From the IMG/VR virus record IMGVR_UViG_3300035696_002359: 64,000 bases of DNA; one strand, written 5' to 3'. Below are positions 29,608 to 39,400 of the stretch, one piece after another. A program made the position numbers and the translations under genes. Numbering within the stretch: the first letter of the stretch is position 1; each line of letters opens with the position of its first letter. Origin of the DNA: an uncultured virus (IMG/VR IMGVR_UViG_3300035696_002359). Its lineage: Duplodnaviria > Heunggongvirae > Uroviricota > Caudoviricetes. The notes beneath the pieces were generated by a model. The model was not told where the DNA came from and made no database searches. It saw nothing but the letters and a program-made list of their open reading frames with translations.

Positions 29608-30187
29608 GTACGATCCGGCCATGACCGACGGGGAGGGCTTGGCCTGTGCTATGGACCGACTTTTGGAAACGGCCCTTTCCACGCCGGGCATCCTCGAAGA
29701 CTATGGCGATCCCATAGTGGGCGAGTTCTTCGTTGCCCAGGAAACGTCCGCGCCGAAGGTCGTGTTGAACATCTCCGGCGGCGTCTTGCAGGACGTGTTC
29801 AGTTCGGACCCTGCCATCTCGGTAGTGCTGGTAGATTGGGACGCGGAAGGTTCCGATCCGTCAGAGAAGGGCATTGTCGAGATTCCCGATGGGCGCGGCG
29901 GTACGCAACTGGCAAACGTGGCCGAATACCCGGTATCGCCATTGATGGACCTGATGGGCACGGAAACCGAAGCGGCGTTGAAAGCGGCGGGGCTGGAGTT
30001 GCCACAAGCCGCCGACCGAACCGTGGCGCGCCGTTGGGTGCTTTATTGCGGCGACACCAACTCGCTGCTGACCACCCGCACTTACGACACTTACGAGGAT
30101 GCCGCCGAGGATGCCAAACAGGTGGATGATGTCCTCGTTCTTCCCCTCGTGTTCGAGGAAGTTCAGGCGAATGGGGACTTCGCCTGA
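29576..30187 (+). CDS. Hypothetical protein
   Basis: Co-oriented, overlapping ORF. Confidence 0.65.
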   Translation: MMKTTLTVEIEYDPAMTDGEGLACAMDRLLETALSTPGILEDYGDPIVGEFFVAQETSAPKVVLNISGGVLQDVFSSDPAISVVLVDWDAEGSDPSEKGIVEIPDGRGGTQLANVAEYPVSPLMDLMGTETEAALKAAGLELPQAADRTVARRWVLYCGDTNSLLTTRTYDTYEDAAEDAKQVDDVLVLPLVFEEVQANGDFA

Positions 30188-30237
30188 GCGGGCGGACCTT
30201 TCAGAGCGGATGGGCCATCAGACGGAAAGGACGAGAC

Positions 30238-30639
30238 ATGAAATCATACGCCTTGCACATCGACGGACCGCTTCTCCGCGATCAGCGAAAACTCTTGCTG
30301 AAAATCGCTGAGGCCGCTCGAAATCATCAGCATTACGAGTCGAAGCTCGGCGACGAGGGCTTACTGGAGGGTCTGTTATCCTTGACCGACGAAATTGCGG
30401 ATCAGGCCCACGATCGGTACGGCATCGACTGCCTGCTGGTCGATGAGAACCGCTGCGAATGCGAGAAAGGCGGCTTCTTTTGTTCTGGCGTTCCTGGCAT
30501 TCTGGCCCACATGGAAAACGGTCGCTTGGCGGACGGCGCCCAGGTGAACCGCTGCGATCTGTGTCAGAGGTACCCCTCCGATGAGGCGGCATTGGAGAAG
30601 TTGCGGGAGTTGGACCTTATTCCCCCAAAGGCGACGTAA
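30238..30639 (+). CDS. Cys-rich hypothetical protein
   Basis: CECE..CDLC. Confidence 0.6.
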   Translation: MKSYALHIDGPLLRDQRKLLLKIAEAARNHQHYESKLGDEGLLEGLLSLTDEIADQAHDRYGIDCLLVDENRCECEKGGFFCSGVPGILAHMENGRLADGAQVNRCDLCQRYPSDEAALEKLRELDLIPPKAT

Positions 30640-30653
30640 ACCGAGAAAACACC

Positions 30654-30926
30654 ATGAACCGAGTGGGCGGCACAATTCGACTTCCGTGCTTCGGAATTGC
30701 AATCACGCTGGTCAGAGGGAACGACCCCTCAACGTTTGGCAGCGGCTCGATCACCAGCGACCTGCGCGCCCCGAGGACCGCGGCGAATCGGCAGTTCAAC
30801 GCCGCCATCGACGGCCTCGAATCGCTGATCCTGGCCCACGCCTGCGCAGGAATAGATGTGGAATCGCCCGCTTACATCGAGGGCATCGAAACCGCTGTCG
30901 AGGCTATCGCCAACCAGTGTGCTTGA
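30654..30926 (+). CDS. Hypothetical protein
   Basis: AAIDGLESLILAHACAGIDV; last of the small-gene cluster. Confidence 0.65.
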   Translation: MNRVGGTIRLPCFGIAITLVRGNDPSTFGSGSITSDLRAPRTAANRQFNAAIDGLESLILAHACAGIDVESPAYIEGIETAVEAIANQCA

Positions 30927-31336
30927 CTTGGCAACCAGGACAATGTCGCGTTGGCATCCCGGTACTTGTCGCCCCACTGACGTCCGACCAATTTATCTGA
31001 AATCAAATCAGATATCTCGATTGCAGAAGAAGACCATCGCCTGGATGGCTGGCAGTCGTCTCGACGGCTCGACTGCGTCAAATCAAACGCCAGAGAGTTT
31101 AGAATTGATTTCTACGCTCGGGGTTGCCGTGGTCTCAGGCGGGGCGCCACACCTAATCGGGCAAACTCGTCCGCCATCACCGCCAGCACGTATTCGACGA
31201 TAGTGGGCTATTCTCGGCTACCGCCAGTGCATCTCATAGCGATAGAGGGGCCTTCAGGGGGTGATTGCGGGAATATGGAATGATTGGTAAAGTTTGGTTT
31301 GTGAGCGTCAAAGCCCTTTTGGGTCGGGGTACGGCC

Positions 31337-31549
31337 ATGAGCATCCGCGAGAAGTACATGAAGGTGCGGGAAGCGGCTGAGTTTCTGGGAATCGCACCGA
31401 ACACGGTCAGATCATGGGGCGCCGCGGGGAAACTCCGCGAATTCCGGTCCCCTGCAAACGGGTATCGGTTGTACAAACGAGAGGATTTGGAGAAGTTCCT
31501 CCGGCAGATCGAGATGACGGCCACTCACACCCCCAAACGGAAAAGGTGA
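31337..31549 (+). CDS. MerR/excisionase-type HTH regulator heading the defence operon
   Basis: MKVREAAEFLGIAPNTVRSW..GKL..RSPANGYRLY. Confidence 0.85.
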   Translation: MSIREKYMKVREAAEFLGIAPNTVRSWGAAGKLREFRSPANGYRLYKREDLEKFLRQIEMTATHTPKRKR

Positions 31550-31565
31550 AGTAAGGGAACCGAGC

Positions 31566-34500
31566 ATGAATACGATCTTCGAGACGTGTACGCCTCGTGA
31601 CGAGGTACTCAAGGGCGAGTTGAAGGAGCAGCAGTTCGCCGCATCTCTCACCAAGGTTCTGCGCGGCAACGCCGATGCCGTGTACGGCGACCCCAGCACC
31701 TTCTTTGCCAACACCTACCCGACCGGTGGCCTTAAGTCACTGTTGCGCGAGGCTCTGGGTCGGCTATCGGGAAAGCGGCTGGACGGTGCTTCAGTCATCC
31801 GGTTGGAAACCAGCTTCGGAGGCGGCAAGACGCACAATCTCATCGCTCTTTATCACATTTGCCACGACGAGGTGGACTCAAAGATCTCAAAGGGTTTTGT
31901 GGACAAGTCCTTGCTTCCGGGCAAGCCCATCAAGAAGATTGTCGGCATCGTGGGCCCGGACGTCGGCGTGGCTGACGGCGTGGACCATGGTGATGTTCGT
32001 ACCTATACGCTCTGGGGCGAGTTAGCCTATCAACTTGGCGGCGCCGCGGCCTACGAGGAAGTCCGCAAGAGCGACGAGCAGCGGATGGCCCCCAGCACCC
32101 AGCCCTGGGAAAAGCTGATCGGCGACGAACCGGCACTCATAATGATCGACGAGATCGGCCAGTATCTCCGCGTCAGTAGCGGCGCGCAGGTTGGCAAGAA
32201 CACGTTGGCCGACCAGACCGTGGCTTTCCTGATGTCGTTGATGAAGTCTGCCTCGGAAAGCAAGGGCACTGTCCTCGTCTACACCTTGGCCGATTCCGGT
32301 GATGCCTTTGGCAAGGAGAACGATCAGGTTCGTGCGGCCCTTGCCGAGTCCAAGAGTGTCTCCGCACGAGAGGAACACGTCTTGACGCCCACGGCGGAAG
32401 ATGAAATCAGTGCCATCGTCAGCCACCGCATGTTCGCCAAGGTGGACCAGCAGGCCGCAAAGGAGACGGCCCGTTGCTACGCCGATTACTTCGGCCGCAT
32501 GGTCGGTCAGAACGTGGATCTTCCACAGCGGGCAGTCCGCGCCGAGTACGGCGACGAAATCCGCAAGTCCTACCCATTCCACCCCGAACTGCTCACGACG
32601 CTCAACCGCAAGACCTCAACGATTCCTAACTTTCAGAAAACCCGCGGCGTGCTGCGCCTCTTGGCCCAAACGATTCGTAAGCTGTGGCAGGAGAAGCCCA
32701 ACGACTGTCACCTCATCGCTCCATTTTGCATGGATCTTAGCGACGACCAGACGGCCAATGACCTGACCAGCCGTCTGGACCGGCCCCAGTTCAAGCAGGT
32801 CATTGAGGCCGATATCGCCAGCCCGTTGAAGGGCACGCAGTCCCACGCCCAGGAGATCGACCAGGACTTCACCGAGGCCGGTCGGCCACCCTATGCTCAG
32901 CGGATTGCCACGACGGCGTTCTTGCATAGCCTAGTGATGACGGGCCAAAGCGGCGTCGATCCGGCCGACCTGCGGCTCGCGGTGCTCCAACCTGACGATG
33001 ACCCGTCGCTGCTGGACAAGGCCGTGCAGCGGCTCGTGGATCGCTGCTGGTACTTCGACTACGACGGCTTGCGTTACCGTTTCAAGCCCGAGCCGGCGCC
33101 GCGGAAGATCATCGACGACGAGATAGGCATGGTCGGCAAGATCAAGGCCAAGACGGAGTTGGATGAACGGATTCAGAAGGTTTGGAAGAAGGGCACCTTC
33201 GACCCAGAATACTTCCCGGCCGAGGCAGCCAATCTGGACGACGACGCCCAGGCCCCCAAACTCGCCATCATCCACTACGATGCGGCCAACGTCACGGCCA
33301 CTGAGGCGGCCACCCCACCCGACCTCGTGCTCAAGCTCTTCGAGCACAAGGGGAGCATGGAGGAGTATCGCACCTATAAGAATAATGTCATGTTCCTCGT
33401 GGCCGATGGGGACCAGGTGTCGAACATGGTGGACGTGGCGCAGCGGTATCTTGCCGCCCAGCGAGTTGTCGGCGACGGCGACCGTATGAAGGAGTTCACC
33501 CAGACGGTAGCCGAGAAACTCAAACAGATGGCCGAAGCCGCTGAGCTGGACCTGCGCGTGGCGGTTACCAAGGCCTACCGGCACTTGTACTATCCGTCGG
33601 CCGACGCGCCACGGAAGGCCGGCAATCTGGCCCATTCGCCCATCCAGCCCGACGATCAAGGCCAAATGCAGAAGGACCAGTCGGAGGTCGTCCTGAAAGT
33701 GCTGAAGGGCCTCGACAAGGTGCTCACGGCCGACGACAAGCCCTTGAACGCCCAGTACCTCAAGGCGAAGGCATGGCCCCAAAACTCGCCCATCATCACG
33801 ACGGAAGACCTACGCAAAACCTTCTGCCAGCGGCTTGGGTTGAAGATGCTGCTCGACATCAACCAACTCAAGAAGACCATCAAGGAGGGAGTGCAGAAGG
33901 GCGTCTGGATCTATTACCTTGGTTCTGAAGGCATTGGCTACGGCCTGCCCTCTCCGGCCCCGGTGGTCGAGATCAGCGAGGATGCCACACTCTACACACC
34001 CGAGGAGGCTGTGCGAGTGGGCATCAAGATCAAGGGGGCTGAGCCGACCCAGGAGATATGCCCGGTCTGCAAGAAGTTCCCCTGCGTCTGTGATGAGGAA
34101 GATGATGGAGAAGAAGAGGGAAAGGACAAGCCGCGCCGAGTTTCGGGCGAAGGCACACCCGGCCAGGCGTTCCAAGCCATCGCCGACCAGTGCCATGACC
34201 ACGGCGTCAAGATCCTCAGCCGGCTATTCATCCGCATCGAGGGCATGGGCAAGGACGCCGCGAAAGACGTCCGCTCGCTGGGCCTGGCGATCCCTCAGAT
34301 CGGCAAGGTACAACTCCAGGTGGACCAGCGGTTGGTGTTGGAGTTCGGCGGCGAGGAGAAGTTCACGGTCGAGTTCAAGGGTTCCTGGGACCGCTACAAG
34401 CGGATCAAGCAGGTTACCGATGCCCTTAGCCAGGAGGCGTCCAACGCCAGCGTCCGCATGGGCGTCCGTGCCGACTTCGACGGCGGGCTGGCGCCAGATG

Positions 34501-34604
34501 GCGACCAGTTCCAGACCATTCGCGACGTGCTAGTCAACCTAGGCGTGGGGAAGGTCTTCATCGACGGCCAACCTGGGACGACAGAGGGAGGTGCCAGTGA
34601 GTAA
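31566..34604 (+). CDS. DUF499 AAA+ ATPase
   Basis: FFANTYPT, LETSFGGGKTHNLIALYH, TLWGELAYQL, LIMIDE, SYPFHPEL, FQKTRGVLRLLA. Confidence 0.9.
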   Translation: MNTIFETCTPRDEVLKGELKEQQFAASLTKVLRGNADAVYGDPSTFFANTYPTGGLKSLLREALGRLSGKRLDGASVIRLETSFGGGKTHNLIALYHICHDEVDSKISKGFVDKSLLPGKPIKKIVGIVGPDVGVADGVDHGDVRTYTLWGELAYQLGGAAAYEEVRKSDEQRMAPSTQPWEKLIGDEPALIMIDEIGQYLRVSSGAQVGKNTLADQTVAFLMSLMKSASESKGTVLVYTLADSGDAFGKENDQVRAALAESKSVSAREEHVLTPTAEDEISAIVSHRMFAKVDQQAAKETARCYADYFGRMVGQNVDLPQRAVRAEYGDEIRKSYPFHPELLTTLNRKTSTIPNFQKTRGVLRLLAQTIRKLWQEKPNDCHLIAPFCMDLSDDQTANDLTSRLDRPQFKQVIEADIASPLKGTQSHAQEIDQDFTEAGRPPYAQRIATTAFLHSLVMTGQSGVDPADLRLAVLQPDDDPSLLDKAVQRLVDRCWYFDYDGLRYRFKPEPAPRKIIDDEIGMVGKIKAKTELDERIQKVWKKGTFDPEYFPAEAANLDDDAQAPKLAIIHYDAANVTATEAATPPDLVLKLFEHKGSMEEYRTYKNNVMFLVADGDQVSNMVDVAQRYLAAQRVVGDGDRMKEFTQTVAEKLKQMAEAAELDLRVAVTKAYRHLYYPSADAPRKAGNLAHSPIQPDDQGQMQKDQSEVVLKVLKGLDKVLTADDKPLNAQYLKAKAWPQNSPIITTEDLRKTFCQRLGLKMLLDINQLKKTIKEGVQKGVWIYYLGSEGIGYGLPSPAPVVEISEDATLYTPEEAVRVGIKIKGAEPTQEICPVCKKFPCVCDEEDDGEEEGKDKPRRVSGEGTPGQAFQAIADQCHDHGVKILSRLFIRIEGMGKDAAKDVRSLGLAIPQIGKVQLQVDQRLVLEFGGEEKFTVEFKGSWDRYKRIKQVTDALSQEASNASVRMGVRADFDGGLAPDGDQFQTIRDVLVNLGVGKVFIDGQPGTTEGGASE

Positions 34605-35040
34605 GAAAACCTTTGAGCTTCGCGTTGAGCAGGGCAAGACCACCGACTACGGCTTGGCCCTCTACCGCTTGCCCGCCCGCGGCGAGACCAGCAATGGTGA
34701 CGGCGATCGTTGGCAGTTCGTGGTCCGCGTTCAGGGCGTGCCCATGCGCGCCGTCATCGATCAGATCCTCGCCACGATCAAGCAGGCCGGCTACCGTTCC
34801 ACCGATTTGGCCAGGAGCCGCAAGATCCCCTTTGCCCTGTCCGAGGAATTGGGAGTCCGACTGGGATTGCTCATGCTGGCCGTGAAGCCGCTCCGTAAGA
34901 CCTCGCGGATGTCCGATGTGTCGGAGCATGTCAGAGGAATGACGAACGAGGAGGCGTACTACTGGTTCAGCAAGGTCACCGACGCCGGACAAGGGCGACG
35001 GTCGCAGAAAGCCCTGCGCATCCTATTGGCAAAGGAGTAA
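34597..35040 (+). CDS. DUF3780-like accessory protein of the DUF499/DUF1156 system
   Basis: Position between DUF499 and DUF1156 genes; C-terminal EEAYYWFSK..KALRILL pattern. Confidence 0.55.
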   Translation: MSKKTFELRVEQGKTTDYGLALYRLPARGETSNGDGDRWQFVVRVQGVPMRAVIDQILATIKQAGYRSTDLARSRKIPFALSEELGVRLGLLMLAVKPLRKTSRMSDVSEHVRGMTNEEAYYWFSKVTDAGQGRRSQKALRILLAKE

Positions 35041-35043
35041 TTC

Positions 35044-36090
35044 GTGAAATCCTTCGAGGACGACCGCGTTCTCCGCCAGCCGCTCACGCCGGGGCTTTTG
35101 AGCACCGTGCGGGTGATCGGTGAGTACAGGGGAAAGCAGGAGTTGTGGCAGAAGCAGTTTCCCGAAGTGCTCGACAGCCTCAAGGAACTGGCAATCATCC
35201 AGTCCACCGAGTCGTCGAACCGCCTGGAACAGATTACGGCGGCCCCAGAGCGGCTCCGCGACCTGATGCTCCAGACAACCACCCCTGCCAACCGGCCCGA
35301 GGAAGAGATCGCCGGCTACCGTGACGTGCTGGCCACCATCCACACGTCGCACCCCTACGTCCCCATCAAGCCAAACATCATCGCCCAGTTGCATCGCGAC
35401 CTACTGAAGTTCGCGCCGGAGCCGGGCGGGAAATGGAAGCAGGTCGAGAACGAAATCGCCGATTTTCGCGCGGACGGCAGCCGCACGACGCGATTCAAGT
35501 GCGTGTCGGTGGCTCTCACGCCTGAATGGATGGAGCGACTTTGCGATGGCTTCAACCGGCTGCGGGACCAAGAAGCGGCGGAAGCTCTCTTGCTGATCCC
35601 GGCCTTCGTTCTCGACTTCCTTTGTATTCACCCCTTCCTTGACGGCAACGGCCGGATGGCCCGGTTGTTGTCGTTGCTGTTGCTGTACCAGGCTGGCTAC
35701 GAAGTCGGCCGCTACATCAGTTTGGAGCGGATCATCGAGGAGTCGAAGGAGTCGTACTACGAGTCCCTCAAGGCATCCAGCCAGCGGTGGCACGAGGGGC
35801 AGCACGACCTGTCGCCGTGGCGCGACTATTTCCTAGGCACAATCGTCGCCGCCTACCGGGAACTGGAACGCCGGACGGAGCTTACCACGGCCACGCCCGG
35901 AGCGAAGCGGAGCCTCATCCGCGAGGCCGCCGATCATTTCGTTGCCGACTTCACCTCGAAGGAATTGGAGTTGGCATGTCCCATGGTCAGTCGCGAAATG
36001 ATTCGCGTCGTGCTTCGCGAAATGCAGGCCGAGGGAAGGGTCGAGAAGATCGGCGAAGGACGGGGGGCACGATGGAAACGAATCCGGTAA
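35044..36090 (+). CDS. fic: Fic-domain protein with N-terminal inhibitory helix and C-terminal wHTH
   Basis: Canonical HPFLDGNGRMAR; SNRLEQ inhibitory-type motif; C-terminal KIGEGRGARW wing. Confidence 0.92.
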   Translation: MKSFEDDRVLRQPLTPGLLSTVRVIGEYRGKQELWQKQFPEVLDSLKELAIIQSTESSNRLEQITAAPERLRDLMLQTTTPANRPEEEIAGYRDVLATIHTSHPYVPIKPNIIAQLHRDLLKFAPEPGGKWKQVENEIADFRADGSRTTRFKCVSVALTPEWMERLCDGFNRLRDQEAAEALLLIPAFVLDFLCIHPFLDGNGRMARLLSLLLLYQAGYEVGRYISLERIIEESKESYYESLKASSQRWHEGQHDLSPWRDYFLGTIVAAYRELERRTELTTATPGAKRSLIREAADHFVADFTSKELELACPMVSREMIRVVLREMQAEGRVEKIGEGRGARWKRIR

Positions 36091-36100
36091 CGGCACGCAG

Positions 36101-36154
36101 TTATCGGTAATCAAATAGCGACCATTACCGATAACAACCCCGCATTACCGATAA
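36101..36154. promoter_or_regulatory. Three copies of 11-bp ATTACCGATAA (one inverted, two direct), candidate operator
   Basis: TTATCGGTAAT 36101-36111; ATTACCGATAA 36124-36134 and 36144-36154; AT-rich stretch follows at ~36178-36204. Confidence 0.5.
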
Positions 36155-36473
36155 GTCCTGATGCTCACGGGAACACGTAAGTATAAATTATAAATATAGT
36201 TACGACACGGAAAGCAAGAAAACAGTGGACACGATCCGGTAATGCCTTGGACAACGATGGTCTGAGAAATAGCAGTATTGGGCCACCGGCAAGGCAAAAA
36301 CCTCCTCTACCGCTAAAAGAGGGCCAGTATGAGGGCAGTTGAAGTAGGACTGGGACGGCGTTGGTACGGAGCGGGTACGGCGGCAATGGGGTAATCAACG
36401 GCCGACCAATACCACATTGAACGGCGATTACCACATTGATCGCCGACAACATAGGAAGAGTGAACCAGGAGCG

Positions 36474-39400
36474 ATGATGGCGACCAAGAAGGACCGGCCG
36501 AAGGTGTTGATCGAGCAGTGGCTACCGATCGCCGCTGTCGGGGCGGAATCGCTGCGAGATGCGAGCGCGGCCAAGAAACCTCCCCTTAACCGCCTGCATG
36601 TTTGGTGGGCACGGCGGCCATTGACCGTCAGCCGGGCTGCGATTCTGGCCAGCTTGCTACCAGCGTATCCGACCGACAACAACAACGGCGTGCGGCCCTG
36701 GCCGGCGAAGTTCTGCAAGCGGTTCCCCACCTTCGACAACTACAAGGCGTGGTTCTTGCGGCTCATCGGTATCAATGGCGACCCAGTGGCCGGAAGAAAA
36801 CTAATCGAATGGGCCAACAAAAACGGCAAGAAACTCCCTGGCAATCCTTACGGCTACCCTCGCGCTTTCACCGTCAGCCCGAGCGAGGAGCACCTTGAGA
36901 TTCTATACGACTTGCTCGAATGGACATGGGACACCAGGGACATCACATTCTGCGATCCAATGTCTGGTGGTGGCAGTATTCCTTTCGAAGCCCTGCGGTA
37001 CGGACTAACCGTCCATGCCAACGAGCTGAATCCTGTCGCCAGTGTGGTTCTCCGGGCCACCCTTGATTATCCAGCACGATTTGGGCCATCGCTCGCCGAC
37101 GACATTCGTAAGTATGGTCGCATCTGGTGCGAGGAGGTCCGTAGGAAAGTGGAGCCTTTCTATCCCCTTTCCGAACCGAACGAGAACATCTTCGCTTATG
37201 TGTGGGCGAGAACTGTAGCCTGTCCCGTGACGGGTAAGCAGGTTCCGCTGTCGCCCAACTGGTGGCTGCGGAAAGGCTCCGCCCCCATCGCCATAATGGT
37301 CATCGCCGATCCAAAGGCGGAGCGCTGCCGATTCGAGATCGTGCATGGCCGTATGGCGTGTATGAAGGTGAAGCCGGACCAGGGAACAATCAAACGCGGC
37401 ACCGGAATCAGTCCGTGGACGGGTGAGACTATTGACGGCGATTACATCAAGGCCGAAGCCAAGGCGGGCCGAATGGGTGAGCAACTCTACGCTGTGGGGA
37501 CAAAGAAATCAGCCGAAACGACCTTTCGTGCTCCCACTGTCGAGGACGAATGTGCTTACGAACGAGCTGTGAAGGAAATGCAGATACGTCGCCCTGCCTG
37601 GGAGGTTGCTGGGCTGGTTCCTACGGAACCACGGCGAGAGGGACGAGCTGATTGGGCTTGTGAAATCTACGGAGCGACCCAATGGTGCGACACATACACG
37701 TCCCGACAGCTTCTGTCCATGATTACGTTCGTCGAGTGTCTGCAAGCGACGATTGACCAAGCGATGAAGGAACTTGGTGGAGACCGCGCCGACGCTGTAA
37801 GAGTATACCTTTCGGTCGCGATCGATAAGGCGGCGGACTACAACTCTCGCCAGATTCGATGGGACGGCACTCGTGAAAAAATAGTCAATGCCTTTGCTCG
37901 CCACGATTTGAGTATGCGTTGGAGCTTTGCGGAGTTCGACGCGAGCCGGAATCTTGGCCCATGGGTACTGGACATGGTTGCCAATGCGTGCAAGGAGATC
38001 ACGGCATTGTTGACTCCCTTGCCAGAGTCACTATTTGGTCCCAGTGGAACGCCACCCGTCGAACGCCTGCGTTTCACCAACGGCGTGGCTCAGTCGCTAA
38101 ACAGCATCAACACGGGCACAGTCAAGTGCATTACCGTCGACCCACCATACTACGACAACGTCAACTACGCGGAGTGCTCAAACTACTTCTACGTCTGGAT
38201 GAAACGCACGCTCGGCAAGACATTTCCCCACCTGTTTGCCGCAGAGTTAGCCAATGCAGACGACGAAGCAGTGATGAACGTCGCGCGATTCAAGGACATG
38301 GGGCAGAAGGCCAAATCACTGGCCATCGCTGACTATGAAAACAAGATGCTGGCTTGTTTTCAGGAGATGTACCGCATCCTTAGCGAAGACGGTGTTCTCA
38401 CGGTCATGTTCACGCACAAGCAAGTCGAGGCATGGGATACCTTGGGTAGCAGTCTGATTCGCGCTGGTTTCCGAATCGACGCATCTTGGCCAGTTCACAC
38501 TGAAAATGATAAGGCCATCACGGTGGCAAAGAAGAACTCGGCCGTCAGCACGATACTCTTGGCCTGCCGGAAACGAGAACAGTCCACTGATCCCATTTGG
38601 TGGGATGACTTGAAATCGCGGGTCCGTGAGACGGCTAGAGCGAAGGCTGCGGAGTTTGAGACGCAGGGGATTAAGGGTGTGGACCTCTACATCAGCACTT
38701 TCGGTCCGGTGCTGTCCATCATTTCCGAGAACTGGCCGGTGCTCACCAGTGAAACCGACCCCAAGACCGGTGACCCGTTACCACTGAGACCGGGCGAGGC
38801 GCTCGACCTGGCCCGGCAGGAAGTTGTCGACTTGCGCAAGAAAGGCTTGCTACTGGGACGCTCGGTGGAATTCGACCCGGTGACTGACTGGTACTTGATG
38901 GCCTGGGATGCCTTCAAGGCCCAGCAGTTTCCGGCTGACGAGGCGCGCAAGTTAGCGTTGGCCCTGGGCCTGGATCTGGAAAAGGATCTAGTGAAGGACA
39001 AACGGCTGGTCACGAAGAAATCGGCGAGCGTCGTGCTCACCTTGCCGACTGACCGTCGCAAGAAGAATATGGTGGACCCAGATGCCACGAGCTTCCCACA
39101 TGTGATCGATGCCCTGCACACAGCTATGATGATCTACGACGAGGAGGGCTCGAATGCATGCCAGGTCTTCGTCGATCGCCAACGGTTCCCCGAGCGGTTC
39201 ATGCTCTGCGATGAAGTCGGCCTGGGCAAGACGATCGAGGCCGGTATGGCGATCCGGCAACTCGTGGTTTCTGGCGTCGTCAAGAGGGTTTTGATCTTGG
39301 TGCCCAAGAGCGTGCTGGTGCAGTGGCAGGAAGAACTGTACGAGAAGTTCGCTCTGAACATCCCTCAGTACGATGGCAACGACTTCCATGATGTCTTCGG

